A DNA stretch of 64,000 nt from Octopus bimaculoides. Its lineage: Eukaryota. This document shows positions 1-12,785 of the stretch, piece by piece; the stretch's first letter is position 1, and every line of letters begins with the position of its first letter. The position numbers and the translations under genes are program-made. The stretch is from assembly GCF_001194135.2 (NCBI RefSeq), contig NC_068997.1, forward strand, positions 56,561,578 through 56,625,577, given 5' to 3'. A model generated the notes under the pieces. It saw nothing but the letters and a program-made list of their open reading frames with translations. It did not search any database and was not told where the DNA came from.

Positions 1-100
1 GTAATATAATGGATTCGCGGTGTCTGATAGGGTGGTCATGGCTGAAATACTTTCCAGTTGAAGCTTGTTCAGTGAGCGCCGACCTGGGTCTATACAACAG
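1..100 (+). mobile_element. 3' fragment of an abundant cephalopod interspersed repeat (SINE-like)
   Basis: GGTGGTCATGGCTG...GACCTGGGTCTATACAAC. Related degenerate pieces recur at ~41280-41345, ~42240-42360 and inverted at ~10800-10870. Family recognised from memory. Confidence 0.45.
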
Positions 101-1385
101 TTAGTAGATCAAAACATAATTGACAAACCATATTGATTACCGAGGAAAACCAATCATCCGCATAAAACAAATGCCTATGTGGATGTTTGACCTTCTAGAA
201 ATACCAGCTAATCTTCCTTATGTCACACTTTATGGTCATGAACAAAAGATGAACACACTGAACGTATTAACCGCGTGCACGCGCACACACACAAACACAC
301 CTAACTTGTTCCTTAACCTTAACTTGATGCAACTGAGTGGTGGTGATCACATCTGGAACGCCATTTATCTTGAATCGTCATCAGAGTTGACCATTTTAAA
401 CACCATCAACTAAGGTACTGTTACATCTTTATAATCAAATTAAAATTGATAAGCAAGAAAGCAAAAAGAGGCTTTCATTCGTCGCCACAAACTCCATACA
501 CATTCTCCCCCCTTCTCTTGAAGTTATTCATGTTTCATTATTTTTTCACCAGTCATTATTAATTTCTTGTAATCATCTCAGAATCGCTATTGTTTTCTCC
601 TCTCACTCTTCTGCGAATGACACTTTACATTACAGAAAAATGTTGCCACTGTCATCACCAGTATTTTTTTACATTTCAAATTTAGAGATGTCAAGATGGG
701 GAAAATATGCAAAACCTAGATAACTACTGAAGAAGAATTGAAAGCGAATGGAAAGAAATGGTAAATATATTATCACCGAGGGAGTCATAACATTTATGAA
801 GACATGTTTTTTAGGAATATAAACGCCATTAAACATCTTATTTTATTGGCTCACGTAAATGTTTCTATCTTTAATATACTGCTGCAGTAAGATGAATGTT
901 AAACTGTTATCATCCAATAAAATTTACCGTATATAATTGTAATACGGTACATACATGCATACACGCACACACACACACACACACACACGTGTGTTTGTGT
1001 GTGTAAGCATGTTTATGTATGCATGTGTATACATAAGTATGTGTATACATATGTGCGCGTGTATGTGTGTGAATGAATGTAGGGGTATATAACTGACCGG
1101 AAAGCAGAAAACACAATAGACTAGATCTATGTGATGGTACCACTAATATACATAATGATAAGCAAATTCGTGGAAACTGCTGGGCAATTTTGCTCTTAGC
1201 GATAGAGGGAAATATATATTCAGTTGAAACTTCGACCAAAGGCAATATCTTGACATCACGTGATAAATGCAAACAAGTGTCACCGTTATAGTAGCGACAT
1301 CATTTGTTTTGTTTTTTTCTAATCTTTTCATGGAAACAAATCTGGCCATGGATACATGTTACCTTGTTCCGAAACAAAACAGCAT

Positions 1386-1480
1386 TTGCGATAGGAAGGG
1401 CATCCAATGGTAGAAAATAAAACGAGCTCCATCATTTCGCCTGACCCAATGAAGTATGGAGAAAATGGACGTTATAATCA
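1386..1480 (+). mobile_element. V/Meta-domain-like SINE 3' portion
   Basis: AGGAAGGGCATCCA...CTGACCCAATGAAGTATGGAGAAAATGGACGTTA followed by (ATG)n-like tail. GGAAGGGCATCC is the V-domain hallmark. Confidence 0.5.
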
Positions 1481-1914
1481 TGATAACAATATTGCTGCTG
1501 CTGATAGAAATGATGATGATGGGGATGATTGAGATGATGATGGGGATGATTGAGATGATGATGTTATATGCGCTTTTCTGGAGTGGAACTGAATTCTTGC
1601 AGTTGATATTATATGGAGGAAAGAATATTGCTTGTCTGTTGTCATAGCGACAGCTGCTTCTGTTACTGCTGTTGTAGCTGCTGCTGCTGCTGAGTGTCCT
1701 GTTGTTGTTGTTGTTGTATTACACTTGTTACTGTTATTGGTTGTAATTTTCTGGTGTTTTAATACTAATGTCGCTCTCAATAACATTGTCGTTGTTGTTG
1801 TTGTCTTTGCTACCGAAGATGTTTCTATTGTTATTGTTTATAGTGTTGTTCTTACATATACACACACACATACATACAAACATGCATAATTCATACATAC
1901 ACATAGACATACAT

Positions 1915-1947
<33 letters not shown>

Positions 1948-2597
1948 CATACATACATACATACACACATACACACACACGCACATACATACATACATAC
2001 ATACACACATACACACACATGCATGCTCCTCGATTTTCTTCCTCTTGTTGTCGCTATTCTTGTATTTCTGTTCTTTCCGTTGTTCTTACAATTGTTTTTC
2101 ACGTGTTTCTTGTTCCACACTGACATCTTTGATTAAGTTGTTGCTATCAATACTGTCGTTGTCGTTGTTGTTGTTGTTTTATCTTTCGCTTGTTGTAACC
2201 GTGCTTCATTTNNNNNNNNNNNNNNNNNNNNNNNNNNNNNNNNNNNNNNNNNNNNNNNNNNNNNNNNNNNNNNNNNNNNNNNNNNNNNNNNNNNNNNNNN
2301 NNNNNNNNNNNNNNNNNNNNNNNNNNNNNNNNNNNNNNNNNNNNNNNNNNNNNAAATGTAGGAACCAATTATTTCTTTCATTTTAAATTTTTTTCCTTCT
2401 CTCTATCAATATTTCTGTCCGCCTTTCTTCTCTTTTCTTATTTTTTTGTTCATTTTTAAAAACAGGGGAAACACACACTTGTATCTGTGTGTGTGTGACT
2501 GTGTCACTGTGGGTATTCTTACTGATATACTTAGGTATGTGTGTATATTTTTCCATAAATAAATATATATATATATACACATGTGTATATATATATG

Positions 2598-2632
<35 letters not shown>

Positions 2633-3062
2633 ATAAATACGTTCACACACACACAAACACACACATATAAGAGTAAATGAGAGTATAAGAACAGCATGAA
2701 TTTAAATATAACCTCATAAAGAACAAAAAAACAATTGAAAAATCAATTATCAAAATATATAAAAAGAAATAAATAAAATGCAAAAATGAAACAAACAACA
2801 AGCAACAAAAACGATTAATAAATAAAGATGTAAATAAATATGCACGTGTATACACACCAATGTATTATTATATACATATACATGCATACACATATAAAAT
2901 GTGTTGTACAATCATATACAAATACATATACACACACCCACACGTACATACATACACATATATATGCATATGAATATTTGTGTGTTCGTATATATGTGTC
3001 GGAATGTATATTCATACCTACATATGAATCTATGCACATAAGCACGTTCCTGTGCTGATATA

Positions 3063-3064
<2 letters not shown>

Positions 3065-3150
<86 letters not shown>
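3065..3150. repeat. (AT)n microsatellite
   Basis: Directly visible. Representative of many (AT)n/(AC)n tracts, e.g. ~5500-5562, ~18434-18512, ~34880-34950, ~50450-50540. These tracts produce the YIYIYI ORFs. Confidence 0.98.
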
Positions 3151-3152
<2 letters not shown>

Positions 3153-3929
3153 TATTTAAACACAGAAAGATACACAAGTGAATACCGACACACCATTTCA
3201 CACAAATAAGCTACGTAGGTGGAGGGGAAAAAATTGTGACAAGAATATTTTCATAGAGTTTTGTAGAATTGGACAAACAAGAGTGCTTCTACAAAGTGAT
3301 ACAAATTATTTTATTTTTGCATCTATGTTTTTTCACAGAGTTTCTTGTATTAATTTCATTCATAACTTGCACCAAACAACAAATATAATGAACAAAATCA
3401 CCAACAGAATAGAAAATGGAACGACAAATAAACATGATATATCTGTTTGTAAATTAGCTTCTATGAAAATTATTGATTTCTTTGGCTGAATACAAATCGA
3501 ATCTATTTTATGAAAAGAACTAAACCCCAATAAATTTTAAATAAGGGACAGATGCTTCATAACTGGGTCTGTTGTGCCATCCGTTTCTTTATAGCTTCAA
3601 AGTATTGCTGCCATGCCAAATATACAACGTAATATTCGTTTTCTGTGTCTCAAGTGTCACACATTATCATTGGTTGACTGAAAAAGTAAAAACACCCAAT
3701 GAAAATTTCTATGACAGAATGAAGCCAGGTGTCTACGTTAGGGGTGGGGGTAAACTTTGAACACCTGCTGCAAGAGACGCCCATCGTGGTCACATTTCTG
3801 TGAGAAGGCTTAGGTTCTTAGCACGGCTGAAAAGCTATATGTGTGCTTCTTTAAGAGAAAAATCAAGCGATGGTATTGTTTGAAGTCAAGTTGAAGCCTT
3901 TATGCATCGATATATAAGGATGCATACGG

Positions 3930-4076
3930 CATCACATGTTTCTGAGTTCAGTCGCACAGCATGGCACCTTGGGCAACTGTTTTGTACTATAGTCTCCAGC
4001 TGACCAAAGAATTGTGAGTTGAGTTGGTAGACGGAAACAGAAAAAACCTCACCGTATATGTGTATGTTTTTATGCT

Positions 4077-4120
<44 letters not shown>

Positions 4121-4345
4121 CTTGGATATGTGTGTGTGTGTCTATCCTTAGGTTTGTATTTGACCCAACCACCGATTGAGCACTAGTTTTGGTGAGGTTA
4201 TGTCCCCATAACTTTAGCGATTGTGCAAAAGTAACCGAGAGAATAAGAGTTAGGATTAAAAGTAAATACTAGGATTGATTCTTTCGATTGAATTCTTCAA
4301 AGCGATACCCCAGCATGGCTGCAGTCGAACGTCAGAAACAAAAAA
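3930..4345 (+). mobile_element. Degenerate CORE-type tRNA SINE with internal (AT)n/(GT)n microsatellite
   Basis: GAGTTCAGTC B-box-like motif, CORE-like CACCTTGGGCAA, GGTAGACGGAAAC, then a microsatellite, then a 3' part ending CCCCAGCATGGCTGCAGTC...GAAAC. The 5' part matches 40803-40965. Confidence 0.65.
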
Positions 4346-5496
4346 AATTACAATTTACAATTTTTTCTAAAGGAAACATGTCTATTCTTGTAGCATAGAT
4401 CTTTGATGCCCAAGAACAAATGAATTATTCAAAGAAATCTTAAACTACTGCAAAACCTTATCAAAAGGGCTAAAAAAAAACAGGGTTCCATATTGAATCG
4501 TTTTGGTGTATAAATTGGATGAGTTTGTGTTTTGTCTCCGAATTCACTAAATTGCTGCTGTTATTTGCCAGATCTGACATTTTCATGGGAGTTCTGTTCG
4601 TTTTCAACTGAGGAATGTTTAACGTTAACATTTCAGTCGTTGGCGCACAATTTCTTGGCATGAATTCTCTGCTATCTCTTCTGCGATGAATTTCACCAGA
4701 ATTCAAAGAATGCCAAACAGTAACCACAACCGTTTCTATTATAACTTCGATTTAGAAATTCCTTTTTGTAAAATGTAAAGAGTGATAAAAAAAAAAGGAC
4801 GTTTATATTGCAGAAAAATGTGGAGAGTTGACTTCGTAATGGTTACATTTCATATTTTCTTCCAGTTGATGCGTTAACCACCACTCGAACTTTTTGACTT
4901 TCCAGCATGATTTGCATGTTAAAAAACTGTTGGATAATCTGTTTAATTATTCTACAATATCTCAAGTTGATTAACATTGGCCCTATTTAATAATGGTTCA
5001 CAACTAATCGTTGTGAATCACAAAATATCGTCCGTAATGTTTATTGTCAATAATCTTGTATCATTGCAAAATATTTGTAACAGTGGTCGAAAGTTTCGTT
5101 CGTGTTGGGTCTAGTTTTCATTGCCTTTCATTCTATTTCGAACTCATACAATAATATCACCTTTGTTTAAATAGAACCTGACATCAATAGATCGAAGTAG
5201 TATATTAAAACTATATATCAAAAGAAAATAGTCAAATAAAAGTTTATTCAAAAAAGAGCTACAAAAGTTTAAGCTAATAAATAACACATATTTTGCGTGA
5301 TGTTATCATGGCAGGTTATGCGAACCAACGTATGTAGTGTGCTCAATAAAGGATACGCAGCTCATAAAACTATACATACATATACACACATACATATTTA
5401 CATATATGCATACATACATACATACATATACAGATACATAGAGACATACACACACACACATATATATATGTACACGTATACATAGTCAGTCATTCA

Positions 5497-5565
<69 letters not shown>

Positions 5566-7304
5566 ATGCATACGTACGTCTATACATACATACTCTGTGC
5601 TTGTTTTGAACAAGTGAAGATTGTATGAGAATCTAAAAGAAAATTTATGTTATAAATGCGAAGAGCAGTGATGAAAAATATATAGAAGTATTGAAATATA
5701 AAAACAATATTGAAATAGGAAATATTTTGATATGCTCCAGATGTGCGTTTATGTTAGAGATACATCAACGAGGTAGTATACGGGTGTCAACTAAGTAATA
5801 TCAGAACAAGAATTGAAATAAAATAGAAAATAACATCGAATAAGATCGAAATTTGCTGGGGAAAAATCTAAAGAACTACAATACAATAATTAAATGATTC
5901 AGAGATGTCGTCCGCATGACAAACAATAAACAAGTTATGAAAACAAATGGAGAATCTTTTTACTTAGTGATTCAATTGATCGCAAGTTTGGCAAGTACTG
6001 AGTGAAGGTCATACTTGGCTGATCATATCAGAACAAGACAGTCTCCTCTATTTGATGGAAATATGAAAATAATATTAGCCGTTCGCTAATTCTTTTTTCT
6101 TTTTTTTATCATCTTTTAAATTTACTTTTAGTTAGATTTTGAATGCTCTATTTATTATATATGTCGGAACTAACTTCTTTATTGTTTTTCGTGTGGATGG
6201 CATTTCTGAATAATTCAATTCTACTTTCTTCTGCCAACAGATTGTACAACTGTATACGTTTATTTAGTGATTCACTCTAGATAACTTCAGTAAATTCTGC
6301 GAGGTTATTCTTTACTGATGAGGTTAGAATAAGATCAGTATCTTGTCTAGAGTTGTTTCCCTTACTAGAACACTAAACTGAAAATAAGATTCGTTACTTA
6401 AGAATGCTTTGTCTTTTCCTCTGGCATATTTATTACTTTGCTTGTTTTTTCAATGTGATGTGTATTAAATATGTTAGCACTAACCTAACTATAATATAAT
6501 AACCTACAACGACAGTAACTGGAAAATTTCTTTGACTAAGAGAACAACCTGAAACGGTGGACTTTCTTTATGTCAAACTTATAAAATGTTTCAGTAGTAT
6601 CAAGCACAAAATTCGTGGCTTTTCAGTCACTTTTGTACGTTTTTGCCGATTAAAATAATAAAAATATAACATAACGGAATGTGCCAATAAATCTTCTCTT
6701 TTGTCTGATGTTCACAGCATGAACTGCTTTGAGACCTCGTGAAATGTCTGGTGTACGAACCAGCCAAGTGATCTTGAAACTCCATCAAATTATGCCAGCT
6801 ACATAAAAAAGGATGTTGTCTACACAGACTCTGGAGGTGATCAGGTTTGTTAAATTTTGAAGCTGTTACAAACAGTTTGTATTCCACGTCAACCATGTTG
6901 TTGCAATCCTTCATAAAATGCTAACAATTTTAGAATTGGATTCAAAGAATTTCTTTTGTTCTTTGTACTCTCTCTGTCGCTCTTTCTCTCTGTCTGTGTG
7001 TGTGTGTCTCTCTCTCTCTCTTTAAATAGTATATATTGAATTGTGAGAATTTTTTATTGCTTAACATTTCTCTGTGTTTGCAATGTCTATATATTCAAAG
7101 AGAATCTTTTTTTAAACATCAGTGGAATAAGCCTTTGTTGTAAACCCAGTATTACATTTCTCAAATATACAATATCATTAATTATTACAAGACATAATGG
7201 ATTGTGTTTGGAAATTTAATACAAATTTTATATTCTTATATCTTATATTTAAAAATGTGATAGCAAATTGGAAAATGTGATACAAAAAAGAGTAAAATGT
7301 AGAT

Positions 7305-7354
<50 letters not shown>

Positions 7355-7413
7355 TTATTTATATATGCATGTGCTTCTATATGTGTATATATGTATGCAT
7401 CGGTTTATCTATC

Positions 7414-7459
<46 letters not shown>

Positions 7460-7854
7460 TGTGTATGTTAATAAGTATACACGCACACATAAATACACAC
7501 ATCACATATCATTCATAAAAGAAATATGTGTGTATGTGTGTTATACCTTTCTTACATTTAAAATTATTTCCAAATGACAAAGAGAAAAATAAAACTGCTA
7601 AAATAATTTCCACATTAGCAGCAACGAAATTGGTTATTTATTTGACAATTTAACATCAGTGCTTCAGAGTGTCCCTCAGAAAGAATACAGCAAAATGTCC
7701 TAATTAGATTTTTACTTGCTTGCTTAAATTCGTGCATGCCTCATCAATATTCTCATCTCTTTTCTTCGCCATTCTACAATTCTACATAAAAAAATTATAA
7801 TAATAATAATTATAACGATAATAATAATAATGACGATGATGATGATAATACGGC

Positions 7855-8445
7855 AGCGTAAGACCAAGCTTTGTACATGCACTAGAGGGTCAACCTTACG
7901 AATGAGTGTCTCCGATGTGCTACATCTGCAATAGAGTGGATGAAATCATTGCCCATATCACGAATGATTGCCCTAGACTTTCCCAAAACCACTACAAGTT
8001 GTGGTGACACGATCAGGTAGCGAAAGTATTACATTGGAAACTGTGCGAAAAGTGGGACTAGAGAGAGGCAAGACGTGGTGTGAGCACAAACCACAGAGAA
8101 TGGTGGAGTCGAAGACTAGCAATATACTCTGGAATTTTCCAATCCAAAGAGATCAGGTGCTAGAGCATAAAAGACTGGACTTATTGGTGGTGGACAAGAT
8201 GCACCATATATGGTATATGGTTGATGTTGCATGCCCCTTTGGCCCACGAATAGTCAAGATTGAAGACGGAAAGATAGATAAGTACAACCCTCTTAAGTAC
8301 GAAATAGCCCGGCTTTGGAAAATGAAGAATGGGAAGATAGAAAATAATCCACCAAATTTACTATTAATGAATATTGTCGCTCCAAATATAGAGCATCTGT
8401 AACGCCCTCGGAAAGGAAGTACAGAATACTCATCAAGAATGAAAC
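7855..8445 (+). mobile_element. R4/Dong-clade non-LTR retrotransposon 3' remnant (CCHC knuckle + restriction-like endonuclease), disrupted
   Basis: From 7909: SPMCYICNRVDEIIAHITNDCPRLSQNHYKLW*HDQVAKVLHWKLC (C-x2-C-x8-H-x4-C, RHD-like motif). After a frameshift: WCEHKPQ...ILWNFPIQRDQVLEHKRLDLLVVDK...VDVACPF...KIDKY..LKYEIARLW, the PD..D..K RLE signature. Confidence 0.8.
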
Positions 8446-8727
8446 CAAAAGTTGATACGAGCAGAATCCCAAACCATTCAGCCCACAGAGTAGTCAAAAC
8501 TCCACCACTTTGTCATAATTTGTCTGAAAACCCTAACCCTAACATTCTTCAATAGCATGCGTGTGTGTTGATGTGACTGTGTTCAAAAAGATGAGAAAAA
8601 AAAAACAATTAAGTTGCTTTGACTTTGCATAAATTTAAGTTTAACAGTTGACTCAAAATAGCAGAACTTAAAGAGTCTCACGAGTAAAAAAAACGCGATC
8701 ATCGTTCGGATTCCGACACACACTCAC

Positions 8728-8770
<43 letters not shown>

Positions 8771-9191
8771 CACGCATATATATGCTAAAAGTTGTTTATA
8801 ACTAAAATTAGTGATTAAAATCTTCATATTTTTAATTTCTAATTCAGAATGGTGAGGAACTTTTTCTTATCTTTTTGTATTATTCCCAAGGGAAGCCATT
8901 ATTTCGCGCTACTGTTTTTTCAATTAGTTAAATATTTTACTTTCTTTAAGGGAGGAGACGAGATGTAGGCATCGGTTAAAAGTTCGAACTCACTCAAAGC
9001 TTAGTATTCAGTTATGCTTTTATAAAGTGGATTCTTCGACCGTAGTCAGCGTTCAGTCTCGAAGAGTAAAACTTAAAGTAGCAGTTCAATCCCACAAAAT
9101 CGGACCTGACTTCATGCTAGAAACATTATTGGTCAACAATCTTTGGTTTCTCATATTTCATAGATATACATACATTCCTATATACATTCAT

Positions 9192-9415
9192 TGCAGTGTA
9201 TGCTAGAAGGTTTGCAAATCTAATGGAGGCCTCAAAAGACATTTTAAGATCGACAAAGATCAGAACTTATCTGCGAATCTTGGTGGTCTAAATCGGATAT
9301 GCAATCTATGTGGGTGTCTTTTGAAAACATTGTCTGGTTTAAAAGGCCACATCAGATGCCATAATGGTTCTAAGGTATAAGGAGAGAAGGCGGTCAAACT
9401 TTGCATAAGGAGTAA
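9192..9415 (+). mobile_element. Probable RTE-clade LINE 3' end with two C2H2 zinc fingers (degenerate)
   Basis: 9192-9380 reads CSVC*KVCKSNGGLKRHFKID...ICNLCGCLLKTLSGLKGHIRCHNGSKV*, followed by a short 3' UTR. One internal stop. Confidence 0.6.
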
Positions 9416-9420
9416 ACATT

Positions 9421-9650
9421 GTTGTTGGCACTCCGTCGGTTACGACGACGAGGGTTCCAGTTGATCCGATCAACGGAACAGCCTGCTCGTGAAATCAACG
9501 TGCAAGTGGCTGAGCACTCCACAGACACATGTACCCTTAACGTAGTACTCGGGGAGATTCTGCGTGACAGAGTGTGACAAGGTTGGACCTTTGAAATACA
9601 GGTACAACAGAAACACGAAGAAAGAATGAGAGAAAGTTGTGGTGAAAGAA
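9421..9650 (-). mobile_element. SINE fragment with Nin/Deu-like central domain
   Basis: Minus strand reads ...GTCTGTGGAGTGCTCAGCCACTTGCACGTTGATTTCACGAGCAGGCTGTTCCGTTGATCGGATCAACTGGAACCCTCGTCGTCGTAACCGACGGAGTGCCAACAAC. Abundant octopus repeat recalled from memory; the domain name is an inference. Confidence 0.6.
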
Positions 9651-9757
9651 TACATTTTGAACCACGAAAGTATTGATTCCTCTCTCAGAGATAGTGGTAT
9701 TTAATACATTCACTCCTATATCTGTCTCTTTGCCTCTCTCTCCTCTCTCTTTCACTA

Positions 9758-9815
<58 letters not shown>

Positions 9816-10870
9816 TATATACACATACAAACACATATGTGTAGGTATGTGTGTAGATATACGCACATATCTACACATAATTTATTGTGTATCCACTGAG
9901 GAACCTCTACAAGGATTTTATAAGTAATTACAAATGAACATTAATTTTGCTTTATAAAACTTTTCTTCCAATAAACACAGATGCCGCCACAATCTCCACT
10001 TACCATTCCATAACACTATGCCTGTGTTATATTATCCAGCCATAAAATCCAATAGAACTTGGCCATAACTTCTCGTTAGCTCAAAATAATGCTTCACTTC
10101 TGATTTCCAACTCTCTGTTAGTATCTTATTTCATAGACATCATATTTAGTATAATTGGCAATATCTACAGCTGCTGCTGCTGATGTTGCCGCTGGTGCAG
10201 CTGCTGTAGTTCCTACAAATGTTACTGCTGCTCGTGTTGTTCTTGCTACCGTTACTAATACTGCTGCTGCTACTATCATTCAGATTTTGTTTTTCCACTC
10301 AGTCCTATGCCTGTTGTCGTTTTCTTAAATTTCCTTCATTCTTCCTTCTGTTTCTCCTTCTCTTTCTTTGCCTCATCCTCACCCCTCTTCTTCTTCTTCT
10401 TCTTCTTCTTCTTCTACCAGTTGTTTTCTTAATGTTCTCTTCCGTTATAGTGTTATTATCGTCGTCATAATCATCATCATCATCTATTTTCAGCGTTTCA
10501 CGTAGTTGTGACCAGGCACAGATCCTCACGTGACACTCACCACTGATGGATCAAGATGGGGCCGCATTGTCGTACTCTGACTCGTACTTTGTTTTATCGT
10601 CCCCAAAAGATGAATGGGCATTTAACATCAGCAAGATTTGAACCCTACAAAGAATTTATTATAATTATGGTGAAGGTAAGTGTTGAACAGGATGATGATG
10701 ATGATGATGATGACAGCGGTGGTAATGGTGGTTGTGTTGATGACAATGGTGATGATAATGATGATATCAGGTGCTAATGGTGGTGGTGATGGTGGTGATG
10801 TTACAGTTAATTCCCAGTTTAGAACTGACCAAGCAGATCTATAACAGAAAATTATATACAACACGTGACC

Positions 10871-11094
10871 ATTATTTACATTATTTACATTTGACGGATA
10901 TTTGTCCTCATCTTGTTTGTTGTTAACACGTTTCAGATGAAATACCCTCCAGCCTTCAACAGCTGTCTTGGGGAAATTTCGAAACTGGGTTCTCATTCTT
11001 AACGTATTTTTCAATGTTATTATTATTATGGTCACTGCCTGGAATCGAACTCTGAATCTTGGGGTTATTAGTCCGTGCTCTTAACCACTATACC
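10871..11094 (-). mobile_element. tRNA-headed SINE-like element with decayed hammerhead motif (copy 1)
   Basis: Head GGTATAGTGGTTAAGAGC...GAGTTCGATTCC, (AAT)n spacer, core CTGTTGA-AGGCTG...CATCT-GAAACG, tail (TGTAAATAA)x2. Colinear with 53472-53695. Confidence 0.75.
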
Positions 11095-11096
11095 GA

Positions 11097-11452
11097 ACAG
11101 ACAAAGAGATGGACAGACAGACAGACATAATGCTCATTATAGTAAGATAGCAAATCTGGCTATCTATGATGGGAAATAAAGGGATAGTGTCGCAAATCTA
11201 AACCCTCTACCTTCACAAACTCTACGGGGGAAGGGGATCCAGAGTTAATCCTCATTTCCGGAATTTTCACAAAAAAATCAAAGGTGATTTATTGATACAA
11301 AATTCAATATCCAATAAATGATAATCATATTTCTTCACTAAAAACCTTCCTGATTACTTCCTTTGTAATCCCGAAAAAAACATCATGACCATTAGTCCAG
11401 CCGTTTGACCGTGAAGAGAGGACAGACGGACAAAACGCCCATTATAATATGA
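11097..11452 (+). mobile_element. Possible DINE-1/Helentron-like non-autonomous element
   Basis: TCCAGCCGTTTGACCGTGAAGAGAGGACAGACGGACAAAACGCCCATTATAATATGAT at the end. A similar (GACA)n-ATAATGCTCATTATAGTAAGAT end motif is present at the start. Confidence 0.35.
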
Positions 11453-12696
11453 TTTCAATTTAGCATCAAAATTATGCTTCTAAATATCGCAAAGCATATT
11501 TTCTGACGGTTTTATTATTCTGCCATTTCATCTAACAATGTGACCTGATGAGTTTTTATAGAAAATACTGGTGTGTTCGAGTGTGTAGATTTTTGTCCTC
11601 ACCTAATTCTCGCTCCTGTGCTCTAAGTGGTGCACAGAGTGAGTAGAACAATAGAAAGACGTCAAAGGTCTTCGATTCTTTGGCAAAATTTACCCGCAAT
11701 AATTTTAGGTTTCGTTGAAAAGGAAGTTTGCCTTACAACCATTTAATGAGATAAATCAGTGTGAAGAATCGATAATATTTATTTCTGCGATTCCTGAAGT
11801 GGTTTTAACATTTTAAACTTTGATAAGCGGACAGATGTGATTCTTCGAAATAGAAGATCGGATTCATGATGTGAAATTATAATCCCTGTTTAGGAAAATA
11901 TCAAAGAAGAATCGAAGTTGAATGCGTGAATCACTGAGTATTTATTTGATATCAGTTCTGTTTTGTGTCATTCTATGTATTCTTTAATTAGATAACAATG
12001 ACTTCTCGACACGTAAAACAATAATTTTGTAATCTAAAGAAAAATAAATATCTCGTGCTATTTTACTTGCACTTCCTGTCACATGACAGCTACTTCCCGT
12101 ATAGAATGAAAGGTATGACTTCATGGGTATTCTATGCTTTTGTTAATTAACAATTCCATTTTTGTTTTTGTTTTTATATTTATCTCATTGTTGGAGAGAC
12201 GCGGGGAAAGAAAAAGACAAGGAAAAAGAAACAAAGAGAGGGTGAGAGATAGAAAGAATGGGGAAAGAGAGAAGAAAAGGAGAACAAAGAGAGAGAGAGA
12301 GGAAAAGAGAGGGGGAGATTTATTCCGAGTTCTTGTCTGATTTGTTCTTTTATTGTCATTTATATTATTATTTTCATATATTTTCAAGCATTTTATTCTT
12401 TCATTTTAAAGTAAAATATATATTTGTTTGCTTCGTGTTAATTTTCTCGAATTTCAAGATCTAAGTCCTTATTTTTTTTCTTTTTGCTTTTCATGTGTTT
12501 TGTGCAAAAGTATTTTAAAGTTAAAAACTGCCTTGAATTACATCATGAGATGGTGTCATACTATTGTTTTCGGTGAACAGGGTAAGTTTAGGTGTAAAAA
12601 CCACATATTGCTGAATTGTCAATTCTACCACTCTGACATGAAATTCAATTATGTATTTACCATGAATTACAAACAGAAAACAGAAAGATAGAAGCA

Positions 12697-12702
<6 letters not shown>

Positions 12703-12766
<64 letters not shown>

Positions 12767-12785
12767 GAGAGAAAGAGAGAGAGAA
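12703..12785. repeat. (AG)n microsatellite
   Basis: Directly visible. Confidence 0.97.

Noticed and set aside
1456-2136. Overlapping ORFs rich in M/L/V/T and HT/YI/CV repeats, representative of most of the ORF track
   Set aside because: Artefacts of di- and trinucleotide microsatellites that lack stop codons.
4470-4727. Minus-strand ORF ending KHKLIQFIHQNDSIWNP, reminiscent of a MADF domain start
   Set aside because: Similarity stops after ~17 residues at a stop codon, with no continuation in other frames.
6627-6914. 95-aa minus-strand ORF with ordinary composition
   Set aside because: No recognisable motif and no convincing splice signals; probably chance or an unidentifiable TE relic.
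8531-8543. CCCTAACCCTAAC telomere-like repeat
   Set aside because: Only two units; too short to call an interstitial telomere.
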